From Candidatus Poribacteria bacterium (GTDB taxonomy: Bacteria; Poribacteria; WGA-4E; WGA-3G): a DNA stretch of 64,000 nt. Of the stretch, positions 17,902 to 28,749 are shown piece after piece. Both the position numbers and the translations under genes were made by a program. A model generated the notes under the pieces. That model did no database searches, was not told where the DNA came from, and was given only the letters and a program-made list of their open reading frames with translations. Location of the stretch: assembly GCA_965197475.1 (NCBI GenBank), contig CBDANF010000002.1, positions 1,248,001 to 1,312,000 on the forward strand, in the 5' to 3' direction. The stretch's first letter is position 1; every line of letters begins with the position of its first letter.

Positions 17902-18717
17902 ATGCGTAACAAACTTTTCCTTTTACTCTTCACTCTCATTATTACCGTGTATTTTTGTTCAATTTCAGGTGCAGGTATAGATAGTGGGTTAATTGTCTAC
18001 TACCCATTTGATGAGGCTAATGGAGATACAGCATCTGATGATAGCAGAAACGATAACGACGCGAAACTTGTCGGCGGTGCCAGTTGGGAACCTAAGGATG
18101 GAAAAATTGATGGTGCTTTGAGACTTGATGGCACCGACAGTTCCGCTGAAGATGCCGATGGCGGTGATTATATCAACCGACTGGATGCGTTTTCAGTGTC
18201 CGTTTGGGTTAAATCTGATACCATTCCCCACGATAGAGGTATATTCAGTGCTGCAGATCCTGCTGGTCAAGACAATACATTTACCCTACGATATGATGCC
18301 GCTGGATTCAAAGTTCCAGCCGCCATAAGTCTTTTAAAAGCAGGTTTTACAACCACAGGTGGTGAAATTCAGTATGAAAGTGCCAACAACTTACAAACTA
18401 CAGAATGGCAGCACCTTGCTCTAACGTGGAGTAGTGGAAATCCTGTTGCACTTTATATTGATGCAGAACTTGATATTCCTCAATATAATCAAGATGTAAG
18501 AGATGGAACTATTTCTGGAGCGACTAAATATATTGTTGGAAAAGGGGGTAAGGACACTGGTGGCACCTCATGGCCAGGACTCATTGATGATGTTCGCCTC
18601 TACAATAGGGTTCTGAAGGAAAATGAAATTGCGGAGCTGGCTACCGGTGTTCTCGCTGTTGAAGCAAATGGAAAATTAGCAACTACCTGGGGACACCTAA
18701 AGCAGAAACGTTATTAA
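17902..18717 (+). CDS. Secreted LamG domain protein (tandem paralogue)
   Basis: Same RBS and start as 17015; YYPFDE, GLIDDVRLYNRVL, tail AVEANGKLATTWGHLKQ. Confidence 0.88.
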   Translation: MRNKLFLLLFTLIITVYFCSISGAGIDSGLIVYYPFDEANGDTASDDSRNDNDAKLVGGASWEPKDGKIDGALRLDGTDSSAEDADGGDYINRLDAFSVSVWVKSDTIPHDRGIFSAADPAGQDNTFTLRYDAAGFKVPAAISLLKAGFTTTGGEIQYESANNLQTTEWQHLALTWSSGNPVALYIDAELDIPQYNQDVRDGTISGATKYIVGKGGKDTGGTSWPGLIDDVRLYNRVLKENEIAELATGVLAVEANGKLATTWGHLKQKRY

Positions 18718-18810
18718 TTAGTACCCTATCCAAAATAGAAGGCAGGGCGTGCCTCCATCTGTTAGACAAGTATGGAAGCGCGCCCCTACAAGCAATAGTT
18801 GGGAATAGTT

Positions 18811-19209
18811 ATGCAATTACATCTTGATACGCTGCGAGCAGATAAGGGCACGTTTCGATATAGTATCCAACGTGAATTAGCGGAACTTTATCAAAAGGCT
18901 GAGGGAACTTATACGTTGGATAGCGAAATTGATGCTATCCCGGAATCAGCATACAATGACGCTCTCTTTTTACTTGAGATTCTTTTCAATTCCAGTATTC
19001 CGATGCCAGACATCAATCAGACAAAACACGGCAGCCTTAGTCTAAATTGGTATCCAGAAAAAGGCACAGCGACGATGAATCTCTGCGGCGATGGACTTGT
19101 TGTCTACAACGCTTTTTTCAATGAAGATCGTCAAGATGAGGGTGCTTGTGTTTTGACAGATACTGCTGCGCTTGATGAACTTCTTGGTGCGTTGCGCTGC
19201 GTTTATTGA
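18811..19209 (+). CDS. Module gene A, orphan copy 4
   Basis: ADKGTFR..IQREL.E, IDAIPESAYNDALFLLEILF..PMPDI, GSLSLNWYPEKG, VYNAFF; no gene B follows. Confidence 0.78.
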   Translation: MQLHLDTLRADKGTFRYSIQRELAELYQKAEGTYTLDSEIDAIPESAYNDALFLLEILFNSSIPMPDINQTKHGSLSLNWYPEKGTATMNLCGDGLVVYNAFFNEDRQDEGACVLTDTAALDELLGALRCVY

Positions 19210-19306
19210 CGAATACCTTTAAACATTTATACCACTAAGAGTACTAAAATTTTTTGATGTATAGACACATTTTATATTGACACACAGAATTGGAGATAGA
19301 ACTTAA

Positions 19307-21763
19307 ATGAAAAGCGACGCGCACGCTTCTAAAGCGCGCTTATCCGAAAATACAACACGTATTCTTGAAAATCTTCTCGGTTGCAAACTTGAAGATGTAA
19401 CTGAAGGAATGGATTTCAACTCCGATTCCTTAGAAACTTTCCTCGCCTCACTTCCAACAGATTCCCTTGAAAACTACTTGACACCGCAATGGGTAGTGCT
19501 TGCTGCTGGCAAAGGTACGCGCATTGATCCCACTAGTCGTTTAAGCAAGACGTTGGACATAATGTTCGGTGAACAGAACATGCTGCAACACTCACGCTGT
19601 TATCTGCCGGGGAATCTTCCGCATATTGTTGTTATCAATCCTCAGATGGCTGCCCGATTAGTTGACATGGAATCATCTGAGCAGCTACTCAGTGGCAATG
19701 CTATCACTTGTATTCAAGAAGAAATGAATGGCACAGGTGGTGCGTTGCAAGCGGCACTTCCCGAACTTCGTGAGTCAAACGCAGAATGGGTCGGTGTAGC
19801 ATTCGGTGATGAACCTTTTTTGGAGAAAGCCATCTTTGCACAGACGCTAATATCACATTTTCTCTCTGGGGCAGATGTTACCCTATGTGGCAAGATACCT
19901 GATACTGTTGTTGATAAAGGTGGTCTGTTTTTTGATGCAGACAGCAAATTCATCGGGACAAAAGAGTGGTACGATATGACAGCGGCTGAGAAAACAGAGA
20001 TGTGGCAACGTTTAGAGCGCGGTGAAGCATATACCAATACTGGGATCACGATCATTCGCAAAAGCTTGATGTTGGAACGGATAGATCGGTTGCAACCCCA
20101 TACAAACCGAAATGGCGAACTTCACCACGTCGATCTAATTCGACTCTGTTATGAAGATGGTTTGAAAACAAACGCTTTTATCTACCGTGGGAAAGTCCTG
20201 TCAGGGGTAAATCGGTGGTCAAACGTCTTGACAGGTGAACAGATGTTATATGCAAAGACTCGCGAATTTCTTGCGGGGAAAGGTGTTCGCGTTGATTCCG
20301 CATCACAAATTACATTAGGTAGTGAGGATATTGAAATTGGGGCGGCATGTTATCTTATCGGCAGAATTCATTTAGGAAAAGGTGTCAAGATTGGTGATTA
20401 TTGTAGACTTGAAAATGTATCTCTGACCGGTGCCACAAATGTAGGTGATGCTGTTGGGATGCAGCATGTGACTGCGATTGATAGTATTTTTGAATCGAAT
20501 CAGATACCTTTGACTTTGGGCAAACCTGTCAGCGGACTTGCGACAGGCAGTCGTATCATAAATTGTTCATTTGATAGTGTTGTAGTAGGCAGCAGTGTCC
20601 AGCTATCAGATATTCGTGCACATGCAACAATAATTCCATCTGATATCCGACTGAAAAATCAAACATTAGGTGTTCCTTTTGCCGTGTCCCCACTTGATGT
20701 GCCGAGTTCTCTTTTCAATCAAATTATTCCTTCCAACTATAGACCCGGCGTTTTTACATTTGGCGAAAAGAAAGATTTGCCAGATTGGGAAAACCTTCGA
20801 GAACATGTCCGTTCACATAGTGCTTCAGAATTGATACCTCGTGCGACGCGCAATATGCAAGTGCAAGAAAACGTTTGCAACGCAGTGAATACGTTAATGG
20901 ACATACGACGTGCGAATGGGGATTATCTGATTGAATCTCTTACGCCTGAAGAACTGTGGGGAAGTATCTTTGAGATGGTGAAACTACATACGGGCAATCC
21001 GAACCCTTACCATCACGATAAACTAAAGGCACGGGAAACAGCACTTGACTTGATGCTGGAATTTTGGAGTGACAATTGGTTGACAAGGTTAAAACTTGTT
21101 GTAGCAGGGAATGTAATTGACTATAGTAGTGCGCGGGTTGTCCAAAAGGTGAATGCTAATCCTGACTATTTTTCCCAAGCACTCCGTGCAGCGGTTGAAA
21201 CGCCTTTCGCCATTGATTGTTATGAACTGTTCCACGAAAAAGTTATTGATGCTGCTCCTCAGCAGATTCTGTGGCTTGTTGACAACGATGGCGAAGTTGT
21301 CTTTGATATTGCTTTCATTCTGGAACTTGTTGAATGTGGACATCAAATATGTATTGTAGGAAAAGCGGACAACGCTAGCAACGATGTTACACTGGAAGAT
21401 TTGCATGACATTACACAATATTCGCAATTCGGAGCATTTCAGTGGGCAATTGAGGAGGGTATGGTTACACTTATTTCGTCTGGTGCGAAGACAATAGGCA
21501 CCAATCTCTATAATGCTACTCCCGAATTTATCAATGCGTTGTTAGACGCTGACCTTGTTATCTCAAAAGGACAAGGAAATTTCTTTACCACGCCCGGATG
21601 GCATAAAGACACCTTTTATCTGCTTATGTCTAAAGGATTAACTGCTGAACGAAGCACTGGTGTGGTAGCAGATAGAAATCTACTTGTTGATGGACTTATT
21701 TTGGCATATCTTCCAAGTGGAACAAAACGCGTGGCGACGCTACAAGACCTCTGTAACCTTTGA
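19307..21763 (+). CDS. Fusion: GlmU-like nucleotidyltransferase + left-handed beta-helix + DUF89/ARMT1-like phosphatase
   Basis: VVLAAGKGTR, QEEMNGTGGA, GDEP, hexapeptide-like repeats; C-terminal NPYHHDK, AGNVIDY, VDNDGEVVFD, NDVT and ISKGQGNF. Confidence 0.8.
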   Translation: MKSDAHASKARLSENTTRILENLLGCKLEDVTEGMDFNSDSLETFLASLPTDSLENYLTPQWVVLAAGKGTRIDPTSRLSKTLDIMFGEQNMLQHSRCYLPGNLPHIVVINPQMAARLVDMESSEQLLSGNAITCIQEEMNGTGGALQAALPELRESNAEWVGVAFGDEPFLEKAIFAQTLISHFLSGADVTLCGKIPDTVVDKGGLFFDADSKFIGTKEWYDMTAAEKTEMWQRLERGEAYTNTGITIIRKSLMLERIDRLQPHTNRNGELHHVDLIRLCYEDGLKTNAFIYRGKVLSGVNRWSNVLTGEQMLYAKTREFLAGKGVRVDSASQITLGSEDIEIGAACYLIGRIHLGKGVKIGDYCRLENVSLTGATNVGDAVGMQHVTAIDSIFESNQIPLTLGKPVSGLATGSRIINCSFDSVVVGSSVQLSDIRAHATIIPSDIRLKNQTLGVPFAVSPLDVPSSLFNQIIPSNYRPGVFTFGEKKDLPDWENLREHVRSHSASELIPRATRNMQVQENVCNAVNTLMDIRRANGDYLIESLTPEELWGSIFEMVKLHTGNPNPYHHDKLKARETALDLMLEFWSDNWLTRLKLVVAGNVIDYSSARVVQKVNANPDYFSQALRAAVETPFAIDCYELFHEKVIDAAPQQILWLVDNDGEVVFDIAFILELVECGHQICIVGKADNASNDVTLEDLHDITQYSQFGAFQWAIEEGMVTLISSGAKTIGTNLYNATPEFINALLDADLVISKGQGNFFTTPGWHKDTFYLLMSKGLTAERSTGVVADRNLLVDGLILAYLPSGTKRVATLQDLCNL

Positions 21764-23116
21764 AATCGTAAACTCTCGCTTTCCAGACACAGGAAGTGGG
21801 ATCTCATCCACAAATTCCATAGCTACAGTAACTTCTGCTCCAAGCACATCTTGGATTTTCTGGATAATGTAAGTGCCTGTTTCCTTTGTCCACTGTTCAT
21901 TAACAACAAGTTTCAATACACACTTCTCAAACGTCTCCTGAATTAATTGAAATTGGCTTACACCGACAGTGTTATAGAAATGTTGGGTGAAGTATCCGCC
22001 GTGTATCAACGTTCCTGTATTTGTTCGGAAAGTCGCAGTGCTACGACCAAGAAGTTCTGCCAAAATAGGTAGATGGTTACCACACGGACACGTCCCTTCT
22101 GAAAGGCGACCGATATCCCCGATTCTATAGCGAATAAATGGCATTGTGTAGTTGTTCAATTGCGTAACGAGCAGATCGCCAGGTTTGGTATAGGGATCAG
22201 GACTATCAACCTCAAGATAAATGTCGCGGCAGTTGATATGCATGTGTCCTTCTGCACATTCCATAGCGATTAATCCGACTTCTCTCCCGCCGTATCGGTT
22301 GTAAATCTTTGTGTTAAAGACTGTTTCAGCAAGTGATCGGTAATGCGGGTGTAACATCTCTGCAGATGAGATTATGCCTTTCAAATCCCATTTCTGTGCT
22401 AAATTATTGTCAGAGAGAAATTTGGCAAATTGATACAATGACGATGGATAGGTAAGAATTGTTTTGGGTTGCCTCTGTTGCATCTTATTGAATGTTGTGT
22501 GCATAGCAGAATCTGTGAGATTAAATCCGTTAAGCCAGTCCTGATTTCGCCAATAACGGTTCAGATTCTGTTTCCAATTGCCATTTTCGTTGACATCCGC
22601 GAGTGCTCCCCAGATAATTAGCTGCGGTTCTCCAAAATCCCATCCTGCCCACTTGTCAAAGTAGTAGACACTCAAATTTCGCTGATTCCAATATTCCCTG
22701 TCTTGATGAAATGTAAGTGGCGTACCTGTAGAACCACCTGTCGCATTCATAATCCGTTTCTGCGGTGGAATTGCTTCAGAACAGAGATTTTCAAGTTGTT
22801 CTCGGATTGTCTGTTTTTCGAGCGGCGGAATTCTTGATATGTCAATGGTACTGGGATTAATTTTTCGGAACAGGAAATCTTGATTCAAACCAAGTTTATT
22901 GAAAAGTTCGCGGTAGTATGGTGTCGTTTGGTTTGCATGCTGAATAAGTTGTTTCAAACGTTCACTTTGAAACTTTAAAATCGTTTCGCGTGGCGCATTG
23001 AACAATGCATCTCTTTCTGAAAGTTGGGAACGGTAACGTATACCTTTGCGGTAAGTATTGTATGCATGCCAAGCGGCTTTTGAGAATAGCACTTTGGCTG
23101 AACGATTGATTGACAT
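21740..23116 (-). CDS. Phenylacetate-CoA ligase family (CapK/PaaK-like) adenylate-forming protein
   Basis: ATGGSTGTP, YGGREVG, PFIRYRIGD and SGKREF motifs. Confidence 0.88.
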   Translation of the reverse strand: MSINRSAKVLFSKAAWHAYNTYRKGIRYRSQLSERDALFNAPRETILKFQSERLKQLIQHANQTTPYYRELFNKLGLNQDFLFRKINPSTIDISRIPPLEKQTIREQLENLCSEAIPPQKRIMNATGGSTGTPLTFHQDREYWNQRNLSVYYFDKWAGWDFGEPQLIIWGALADVNENGNWKQNLNRYWRNQDWLNGFNLTDSAMHTTFNKMQQRQPKTILTYPSSLYQFAKFLSDNNLAQKWDLKGIISSAEMLHPHYRSLAETVFNTKIYNRYGGREVGLIAMECAEGHMHINCRDIYLEVDSPDPYTKPGDLLVTQLNNYTMPFIRYRIGDIGRLSEGTCPCGNHLPILAELLGRSTATFRTNTGTLIHGGYFTQHFYNTVGVSQFQLIQETFEKCVLKLVVNEQWTKETGTYIIQKIQDVLGAEVTVAMEFVDEIPLPVSGKREFTISKVTEVL

Positions 23117-23202
23117 AATCTAATATTTTTGAACGTCTAAATATCCGACATTGATCGGACATTTAGACGCATTTTAGGCGAAAGGATATGTTTGGAAGAA
23201 GG

Positions 23203-24690
23203 TCAAGAACGTCCTCTGATGGGATCAATATGTGGTGAATATCCAGGTGGTAACTGATCACTTGAAGAACGTCCATCTTGGAAAAGTTGATCTGCGTCCG
23301 GATTTTCCGGTTCGATAGGTTGTGGGAATTCGCGCCACGCATTCCCATCAAGTGGAAGATCGTAACCATCCTCTCTGAACCAGTTAATCAACCGTTCCCG
23401 ATAATCTCTTAACGTTCGACCGTATCCGGGATTACCAACGAGGTTTCGCTCATCAAGCCGTCCGGCGAGACGTCTGAAAAGCCATTCTTGCTGATCGGCA
23501 GCGGAATAGATGTATTTGTATTCAGATGTCAAAAGCATATACATACCTCTCCCTTCATGCGCCAATTGTCCAACAATCGCATCCCGTTCAGTATTGCCGG
23601 AAGCAATATCAGCGAGGTCAACCCCGCTACGATCAGTATCTGGTGTTAACCCTGCTGCACCCAGACTGGTGGGAAGCACATCAACAAGACTCGTAGGCGT
23701 ATCACATTGGACGTTTGCCTCAAAACGTTCAGGATACCGGACAAGCAGCGGTACTCTTGCTGCAACGTCAAGGAAGGAACGTTTGCCGTAACAGTCATAA
23801 TCCCCAAGTAGTTCTCCATGGTCGGAAGTGAAAAGTATCAACGTATTGTCAAGTTCACCTTCAGATTCAAGATAGTCAAGAATACGACCGACTTGGTAGT
23901 CAATGAAAGAGATAGCAGCATAGTATGCAGCCCGCATTGTCCGAAGAAGATTCATATCTCTGCCTTGGTCGCGGTATTTGTAGCGATTCTGATACCGGTT
24001 CCAGTAGGTGTGCAGATGCTCATAGTCTGGTGGTAGGAATGGAAGAGGCATTTCGACTGTTCTGTAGAGTCTGTTCCAAGGCACAGGGGATTCAAATGGC
24101 GGATGTGGTTTAATGAAACTACTCCAACACAAAAAGGGTCTACTCGTATCTCGCTGGGAGAGGAACTGAAGTGTTTTATCGCCAACCCATTGCGTGTGAT
24201 GAAGTCGGGCAGGAAGTTGTGAAGGTTGTGGGATATAGTAGTATTCACTCCGTTCTCCGTGCGGCGCAATGATATGATCAAATCCGTTTTCATGGATGGA
24301 CTGTGTAAAATCATCGGGCCCGGGTCCTTCCTCTGAAAAATCTCTGGTTTCAAATCCCCACATTTTGCGTCCTTGTGGCGTAAAGTGCATTTTGCCGATG
24401 CCGTGTGTCTGATAGCCTACCTCGTTTAGCAAATCCATTACTGAAGAACGATCTTGTGGCATCGCTGAATTGGTCGTGCAGCCAGTTTCATGCGGCCACT
24501 GCCCAAGCAGAAAACTACAACGAGATGCCACGCACACAGGGGAAGGACAATATGCCGAAGTAAAACTTGTTCCTTCTCTAACAATTCTATCAAGTGCAGG
24601 TGTCTGAATAACTGAATTTCCGAGTGCTCCAACAGTGTCAAAACGCTGCTGATCTGTCATGAGAAAAATAATATTCGGTTTTTTTGCCAT
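23203..24690 (-). CDS. Sulfatase (choline-sulfatase-like)
   Basis: KPNIIFLMTDQQR, CVASR formylglycine motif, GKMH, KPHPP, TSDHGE. Start taken at MAKKPN. Confidence 0.9.
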   Translation of the reverse strand: MAKKPNIIFLMTDQQRFDTVGALGNSVIQTPALDRIVREGTSFTSAYCPSPVCVASRCSFLLGQWPHETGCTTNSAMPQDRSSVMDLLNEVGYQTHGIGKMHFTPQGRKMWGFETRDFSEEGPGPDDFTQSIHENGFDHIIAPHGERSEYYYIPQPSQLPARLHHTQWVGDKTLQFLSQRDTSRPFLCWSSFIKPHPPFESPVPWNRLYRTVEMPLPFLPPDYEHLHTYWNRYQNRYKYRDQGRDMNLLRTMRAAYYAAISFIDYQVGRILDYLESEGELDNTLILFTSDHGELLGDYDCYGKRSFLDVAARVPLLVRYPERFEANVQCDTPTSLVDVLPTSLGAAGLTPDTDRSGVDLADIASGNTERDAIVGQLAHEGRGMYMLLTSEYKYIYSAADQQEWLFRRLAGRLDERNLVGNPGYGRTLRDYRERLINWFREDGYDLPLDGNAWREFPQPIEPENPDADQLFQDGRSSSDQLPPGYSPHIDPIRGRS

Positions 24691-25167
24691 GAGATGTTCC
24701 GGTCCTTTCTTAAATGAAGATGTTTGGTTTGCTATGGATGTATAGCAACAGCATATCACTTTTTCAAACAGAACACAATTAATATTTCTATTATGAATGT
24801 AGGCAGCAACGGATTCAGCAATGAGAATCACGTTCGGTATGGTCAATTTTGGGTTGAAATTCAATTTGATGTGTGGTATCATTTATTGTTGGAACTATGG
24901 GTAAATAACGAAGGTTCGCCGTATGATGATCACCACAGCACGATGGGATTGAGAATCATTGAAGTTATTGTCAAAAGTTGAATTCACATTCCAATTTCTT
25001 ACTAATTCTTGTTCAATTTCCTATTTTGTCGCATGCAACCTAATCGCTGCTCCTACCGTCTTTATGACAACTTCTAACTGGGAAACGTTAAACACATTGT
25101 GACAAATTTTCGATTTAGACACATTCTCGGTAGAATCTGCAAACATCCAGAATAGAATTGTAAACAA

Positions 25168-25380
25168 ATGCAAAAATGGTACGAAAACAGCGCACTTTTG
25201 AACATTTTAATTGTCTTAATGATCGTATGTTTTGTTGCGTACTACTTCTATCACTGGAAGTGGGGATTACCACTATTTCTTACCTTCGGTACAGCCATTA
25301 TGATAAGAGGTGTGACAAAAATAACGATGTGGATGCGCGGCAATAAAACCAAGCCAGATTCACAAAACAAGGAGATATAA
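25168..25380 (+). CDS. Small two-TM membrane protein
   Basis: Two hydrophobic segments; stop overlaps the next start codon. Confidence 0.55.
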   Translation: MQKWYENSALLNILIVLMIVCFVAYYFYHWKWGLPLFLTFGTAIMIRGVTKITMWMRGNKTKPDSQNKEI

Positions 25381-26372
25381 TGAAACGAAGGACCTTCATC
25401 AAATTGAGCGCGATGAGTGCTGCAGGAATGGTTTACCCTCTTCAGTTGCAAGCACAAATAGATGATGTCCCTATATTGAAGCCTCGCGCCCTCATCACAC
25501 CTAATGAGGAATTCTATATCCTTCAAATAGGTGACCCTGTTAAAATTGATGCAGCAAATTGGCGTTTAGTTATTACTGGCTTGGTAGAGAATCCTATTGC
25601 ACAGCTTCAACTTGAGGACATCAAGTCAATGGAATCGGTAAAAACGATGCGAACCTTGAAATGCATCGGTGATCCAATTGGCACTGAACAGATGGGGAAT
25701 GCGGAGTGGAGAGGAGTCCGTTTGCGCGACCTTCTTCAAAAAACTGGTGTTAAAGCTGAAGCCAAAGTTGTTGTTTTCCGATGCCTAGACAGTTATCATA
25801 CCGCAATTCCGTTAGCAGATGCTATGCATGAAGATACGATTCTTGCTTATGAGATGAATGGTAAACCCCTTCCGACAGACCACGGTTTTCCAGTCCGATT
25901 ATTGAATCCCGGTCATTATGGCACAAAAAACCCGAAATGGATAGTTAATATCCAATTAGCAACGGAACATAAAAGTTATTGGGAAGAAAGGGGATGGGAT
26001 CCTGTTGCGAATGTGAAACTTGCGACAGTAATCGGCACACCAAGCGAAGACGAAGAAGTTATCGGTGGGTCTAATTATATTGTCAGTGGGGCAGCGTTTG
26101 ATGCTGGACATCATGGTGGTATAAAGAAAGTAGAAGTCAGCGTTGATTATGGAGAAACGTGGCAAAAAGCAGAGATATGGGCGAAAGATACACCGCTGGC
26201 ATGGGTGCTTTGGAAATGGAATTGGCGGGTACCTAAGAAAAAAGGTCCAGTGGAGATTTACGCGAGGGCAACAACCAACAGCGGAGTCACTCAAGACGAA
26301 TTTGGAATTAATGTCAAACCGGTAGACGCATTAGGTTATCATACTGTTGATGCCAAGATTGTGGATCCATAG
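25380..26372 (+). CDS. Sulfite-oxidase-family molybdopterin oxidoreductase with Tat signal
   Basis: MKRRTFIK twin-arginine signal, TLKCIG, GNAEWRGVRL, LAYEMNG.PLP.DHGFPVRL, KW; Ig-like C-terminus. Confidence 0.9.
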   Translation: MKRRTFIKLSAMSAAGMVYPLQLQAQIDDVPILKPRALITPNEEFYILQIGDPVKIDAANWRLVITGLVENPIAQLQLEDIKSMESVKTMRTLKCIGDPIGTEQMGNAEWRGVRLRDLLQKTGVKAEAKVVVFRCLDSYHTAIPLADAMHEDTILAYEMNGKPLPTDHGFPVRLLNPGHYGTKNPKWIVNIQLATEHKSYWEERGWDPVANVKLATVIGTPSEDEEVIGGSNYIVSGAAFDAGHHGGIKKVEVSVDYGETWQKAEIWAKDTPLAWVLWKWNWRVPKKKGPVEIYARATTNSGVTQDEFGINVKPVDALGYHTVDAKIVDP

Positions 26373-26468
26373 AAAGTGCTACCCTTGTTAGTTCGTAAAT
26401 CAGGTTTACAAAGCCCTTCTACGATTGATGAGATAGACTGTAGAACCCTTCTCAAAATAACGCTATAA

Positions 26469-27653
26469 ATGCGCTTAAAACCGAGCAAACTTTTCACCGT
26501 CTATTTTCCAGTTTTACTAATAGATTTTGCTTTCAGCAGTGTCCTAACGAATTCCTCTTTTTATACCAGTTATCTTAGACTCTCCTCAACCTTTTTAGGT
26601 CTGCTGATGGCAATTGCAACAGTCTTTTTCGCGTGCCTTGCTGTGCCATTTGGGCAGCTATCTGATCGCGTGAAACGGCGACGTATGTTATACGCCGCCT
26701 GTCTTTTATTAGCGGTTGTTAGCATTGTACTCCCCATTTGTAGGGATAAAATCCATTTACTGATTATTTTTCCTGGTCTTGGAATTAGCATGGCACTGTT
26801 TTGGCCGGCTTATGAGGCTTGGCTTTCTGAACAGGAGGGCGAGGGCAACCTACTTCAACGAGTAACACTTTTCAACCTATTTTGGAGTATCGGCGTAACT
26901 TTGGGACCAACGGTGTCGGGTTATCTGTATAAAGATGCGAACCCATTTAGTCCATTTTATCTGTCAGTCGTGCTTAGTTTGTTCACTATAGTGCCGCTAT
27001 TTTTACATAAATCCAGTGATGATTCACACACAATAGAAACATCATCCGAAACCGTTGAGATACTATTTCCGTCACCTACAGTCAGAACAACCCATCTCAA
27101 CTTAGCACGGTGTGCCAATTTTGCATCATGGTTTGGGCTTGGTGTCTTGCGCAGGTTATCTCCGAAGTTAACATTAGAGATGGGTATCCCTGCCAAAATG
27201 TATGGAAATTATATGCTAACGCTTGGCAGTGTGCAAACGTTGGCGTTCCTTGGACTTGGGACAGGTTTTTCTACTCAATGGCACTACCGGTTTAGACCTT
27301 TATTAATAGTTCAAGGATTGGCAATTCTCAGTTTCATTGGTATGTGGAGATTCCAGCATACCATTCTATGGACAGTGTCGTTTGCTGCAATTGGCTTATC
27401 AGCGGCGTTTACCTATTTCAGCAGTCTCTACTACGGTTTGCACAAGCATACAGACAAGGGTAACAAAAGTGGGTGGCACGAAGCAATTCTGGGAATGGGT
27501 ATATTAATAGGTCCGTTATTAGGTGGTATAGCAGCAGATTCGGGATTGGGACAACAAAGTCCATATCTAATCTGTGCTGCAGCGATTTTCACGGCTATTG
27601 TGATAGAAATTTTTATTGCCTTAGGGAGTCGGTTGTCAAAGGATGTGCCTTGA
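26469..27653 (+). CDS. MFS transporter
   Basis: About 12 TM segments; GQLSDRVKRR motif A. Confidence 0.88.
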   Translation: MRLKPSKLFTVYFPVLLIDFAFSSVLTNSSFYTSYLRLSSTFLGLLMAIATVFFACLAVPFGQLSDRVKRRRMLYAACLLLAVVSIVLPICRDKIHLLIIFPGLGISMALFWPAYEAWLSEQEGEGNLLQRVTLFNLFWSIGVTLGPTVSGYLYKDANPFSPFYLSVVLSLFTIVPLFLHKSSDDSHTIETSSETVEILFPSPTVRTTHLNLARCANFASWFGLGVLRRLSPKLTLEMGIPAKMYGNYMLTLGSVQTLAFLGLGTGFSTQWHYRFRPLLIVQGLAILSFIGMWRFQHTILWTVSFAAIGLSAAFTYFSSLYYGLHKHTDKGNKSGWHEAILGMGILIGPLLGGIAADSGLGQQSPYLICAAAIFTAIVIEIFIALGSRLSKDVP

Positions 27654-28749
27654 TGTAATCTTCGTCCGGTGTAACGCCAAGACCAGGACCGTCTGGCACT
27701 GTGACGACATGGTCATGAATTTCAACACCGCTAACTACCAAGGTATCTAAAAATGCGGGGGCGTTTAGTTCAGCAGGTAGGACAAGATCGATAGTTGAGA
27801 AGAGATGAACGCTTGCGATAAACCCGACACCCGCCTCTGTCAAACCGCTGCCGAGTAGTTCCAGAGCATTGGCTTCTGCGACGTAAACACTCTTGATGCA
27901 TTCCGAAAGACCGCCTGATTTACATAACTTCAAAACAACAGCATCCGCACATTCAAGTCGTGCGATTTTGCCAAGATCGAAATACGTAAAACAGCCCTCA
28001 TCAATGGCAATCGGAACAGGGGATGCCTCTCGAACCCGTTTCATACCGAACCAATCTTGACTTGCGACAGGTTGTTCCATACAGTAGACTTCGTTAATAT
28101 TTTCAACGCGTTTCAGTAGTTCCAATGCGTTGGACGGGGTGTAAGACTGATTCGCATCAATCCAAAGTTTGGCATCCGGCATCGCTTCGTGAACTGCGCG
28201 TAATCGATCTTCATCCAATGCAGGCATGCCTGCAACTTTCACCTTGAAACAGGTACAGGGTGATAAAGCTTTCGCCTTCAACGCCATTATCTCTGGCGTA
28301 TCAATACTCAAGGCATAACTGAGTGGTAGTGTATTATGTCGTTTTCCACCGAAAAGGGTATGCAGCGGCACATTTAGGATTTGACCACATAGGTCATGCA
28401 ACGCAATGTCAACAGCGGCTTTCGCGAAGGGATGTCCGTTGCTGACAGCAGGTTTTAACGTCTGATAGATTGTATCGTGGATTTTGTTGCGGTTCAGCGG
28501 ATTTTGTCCCAGAAGTAGAGGCGCAATATGGTGTCGAATCGTGGTTGTAATAGACTCTGTTGTCTCATAACTCCAAGAAGGTAGCGCACGTTGTTCACCC
28601 CAACCGATATAACCATCATCTGTTGTAATTTTTACAAAGATGTGGTGTCCTGCAGCATCGGGATCACTAACGAAACCGGTACCGATAGTGAAAACGTCTT
28701 TCATTGCGATTGCAGTGGGAAAAATCTCTATGTGTGCGATTTTGCTCAT
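27613..28749 (-). CDS. Enolase-superfamily (muconate cycloisomerase/mandelate racemase-like) enzyme
   Basis: KAAVDIALHD, FKVK, IDANQ, MEQP, IDEG, VLK and PDGPGLGV motifs. Confidence 0.9.
   Translation of the reverse strand: MSKIAHIEIFPTAIAMKDVFTIGTGFVSDPDAAGHHIFVKITTDDGYIGWGEQRALPSWSYETTESITTTIRHHIAPLLLGQNPLNRNKIHDTIYQTLKPAVSNGHPFAKAAVDIALHDLCGQILNVPLHTLFGGKRHNTLPLSYALSIDTPEIMALKAKALSPCTCFKVKVAGMPALDEDRLRAVHEAMPDAKLWIDANQSYTPSNALELLKRVENINEVYCMEQPVASQDWFGMKRVREASPVPIAIDEGCFTYFDLGKIARLECADAVVLKLCKSGGLSECIKSVYVAEANALELLGSGLTEAGVGFIASVHLFSTIDLVLPAELNAPAFLDTLVVSGVEIHDHVVTVPDGPGLGVTPDEDYIKAHPLTTDSLRQ

Noticed and set aside
23161-25125. atttagac(g/a)catt direct repeats around the sulfatase as att sites
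   Set aside because: Only 13 bp with a mismatch, no recombinase nearby and no compositional shift; may be chance.
27613-27653. 41-bp convergent overlap of the MFS and enolase-family genes as a regulatory system
   Set aside because: Short 3' overlaps are common and nothing else suggests antisense control.
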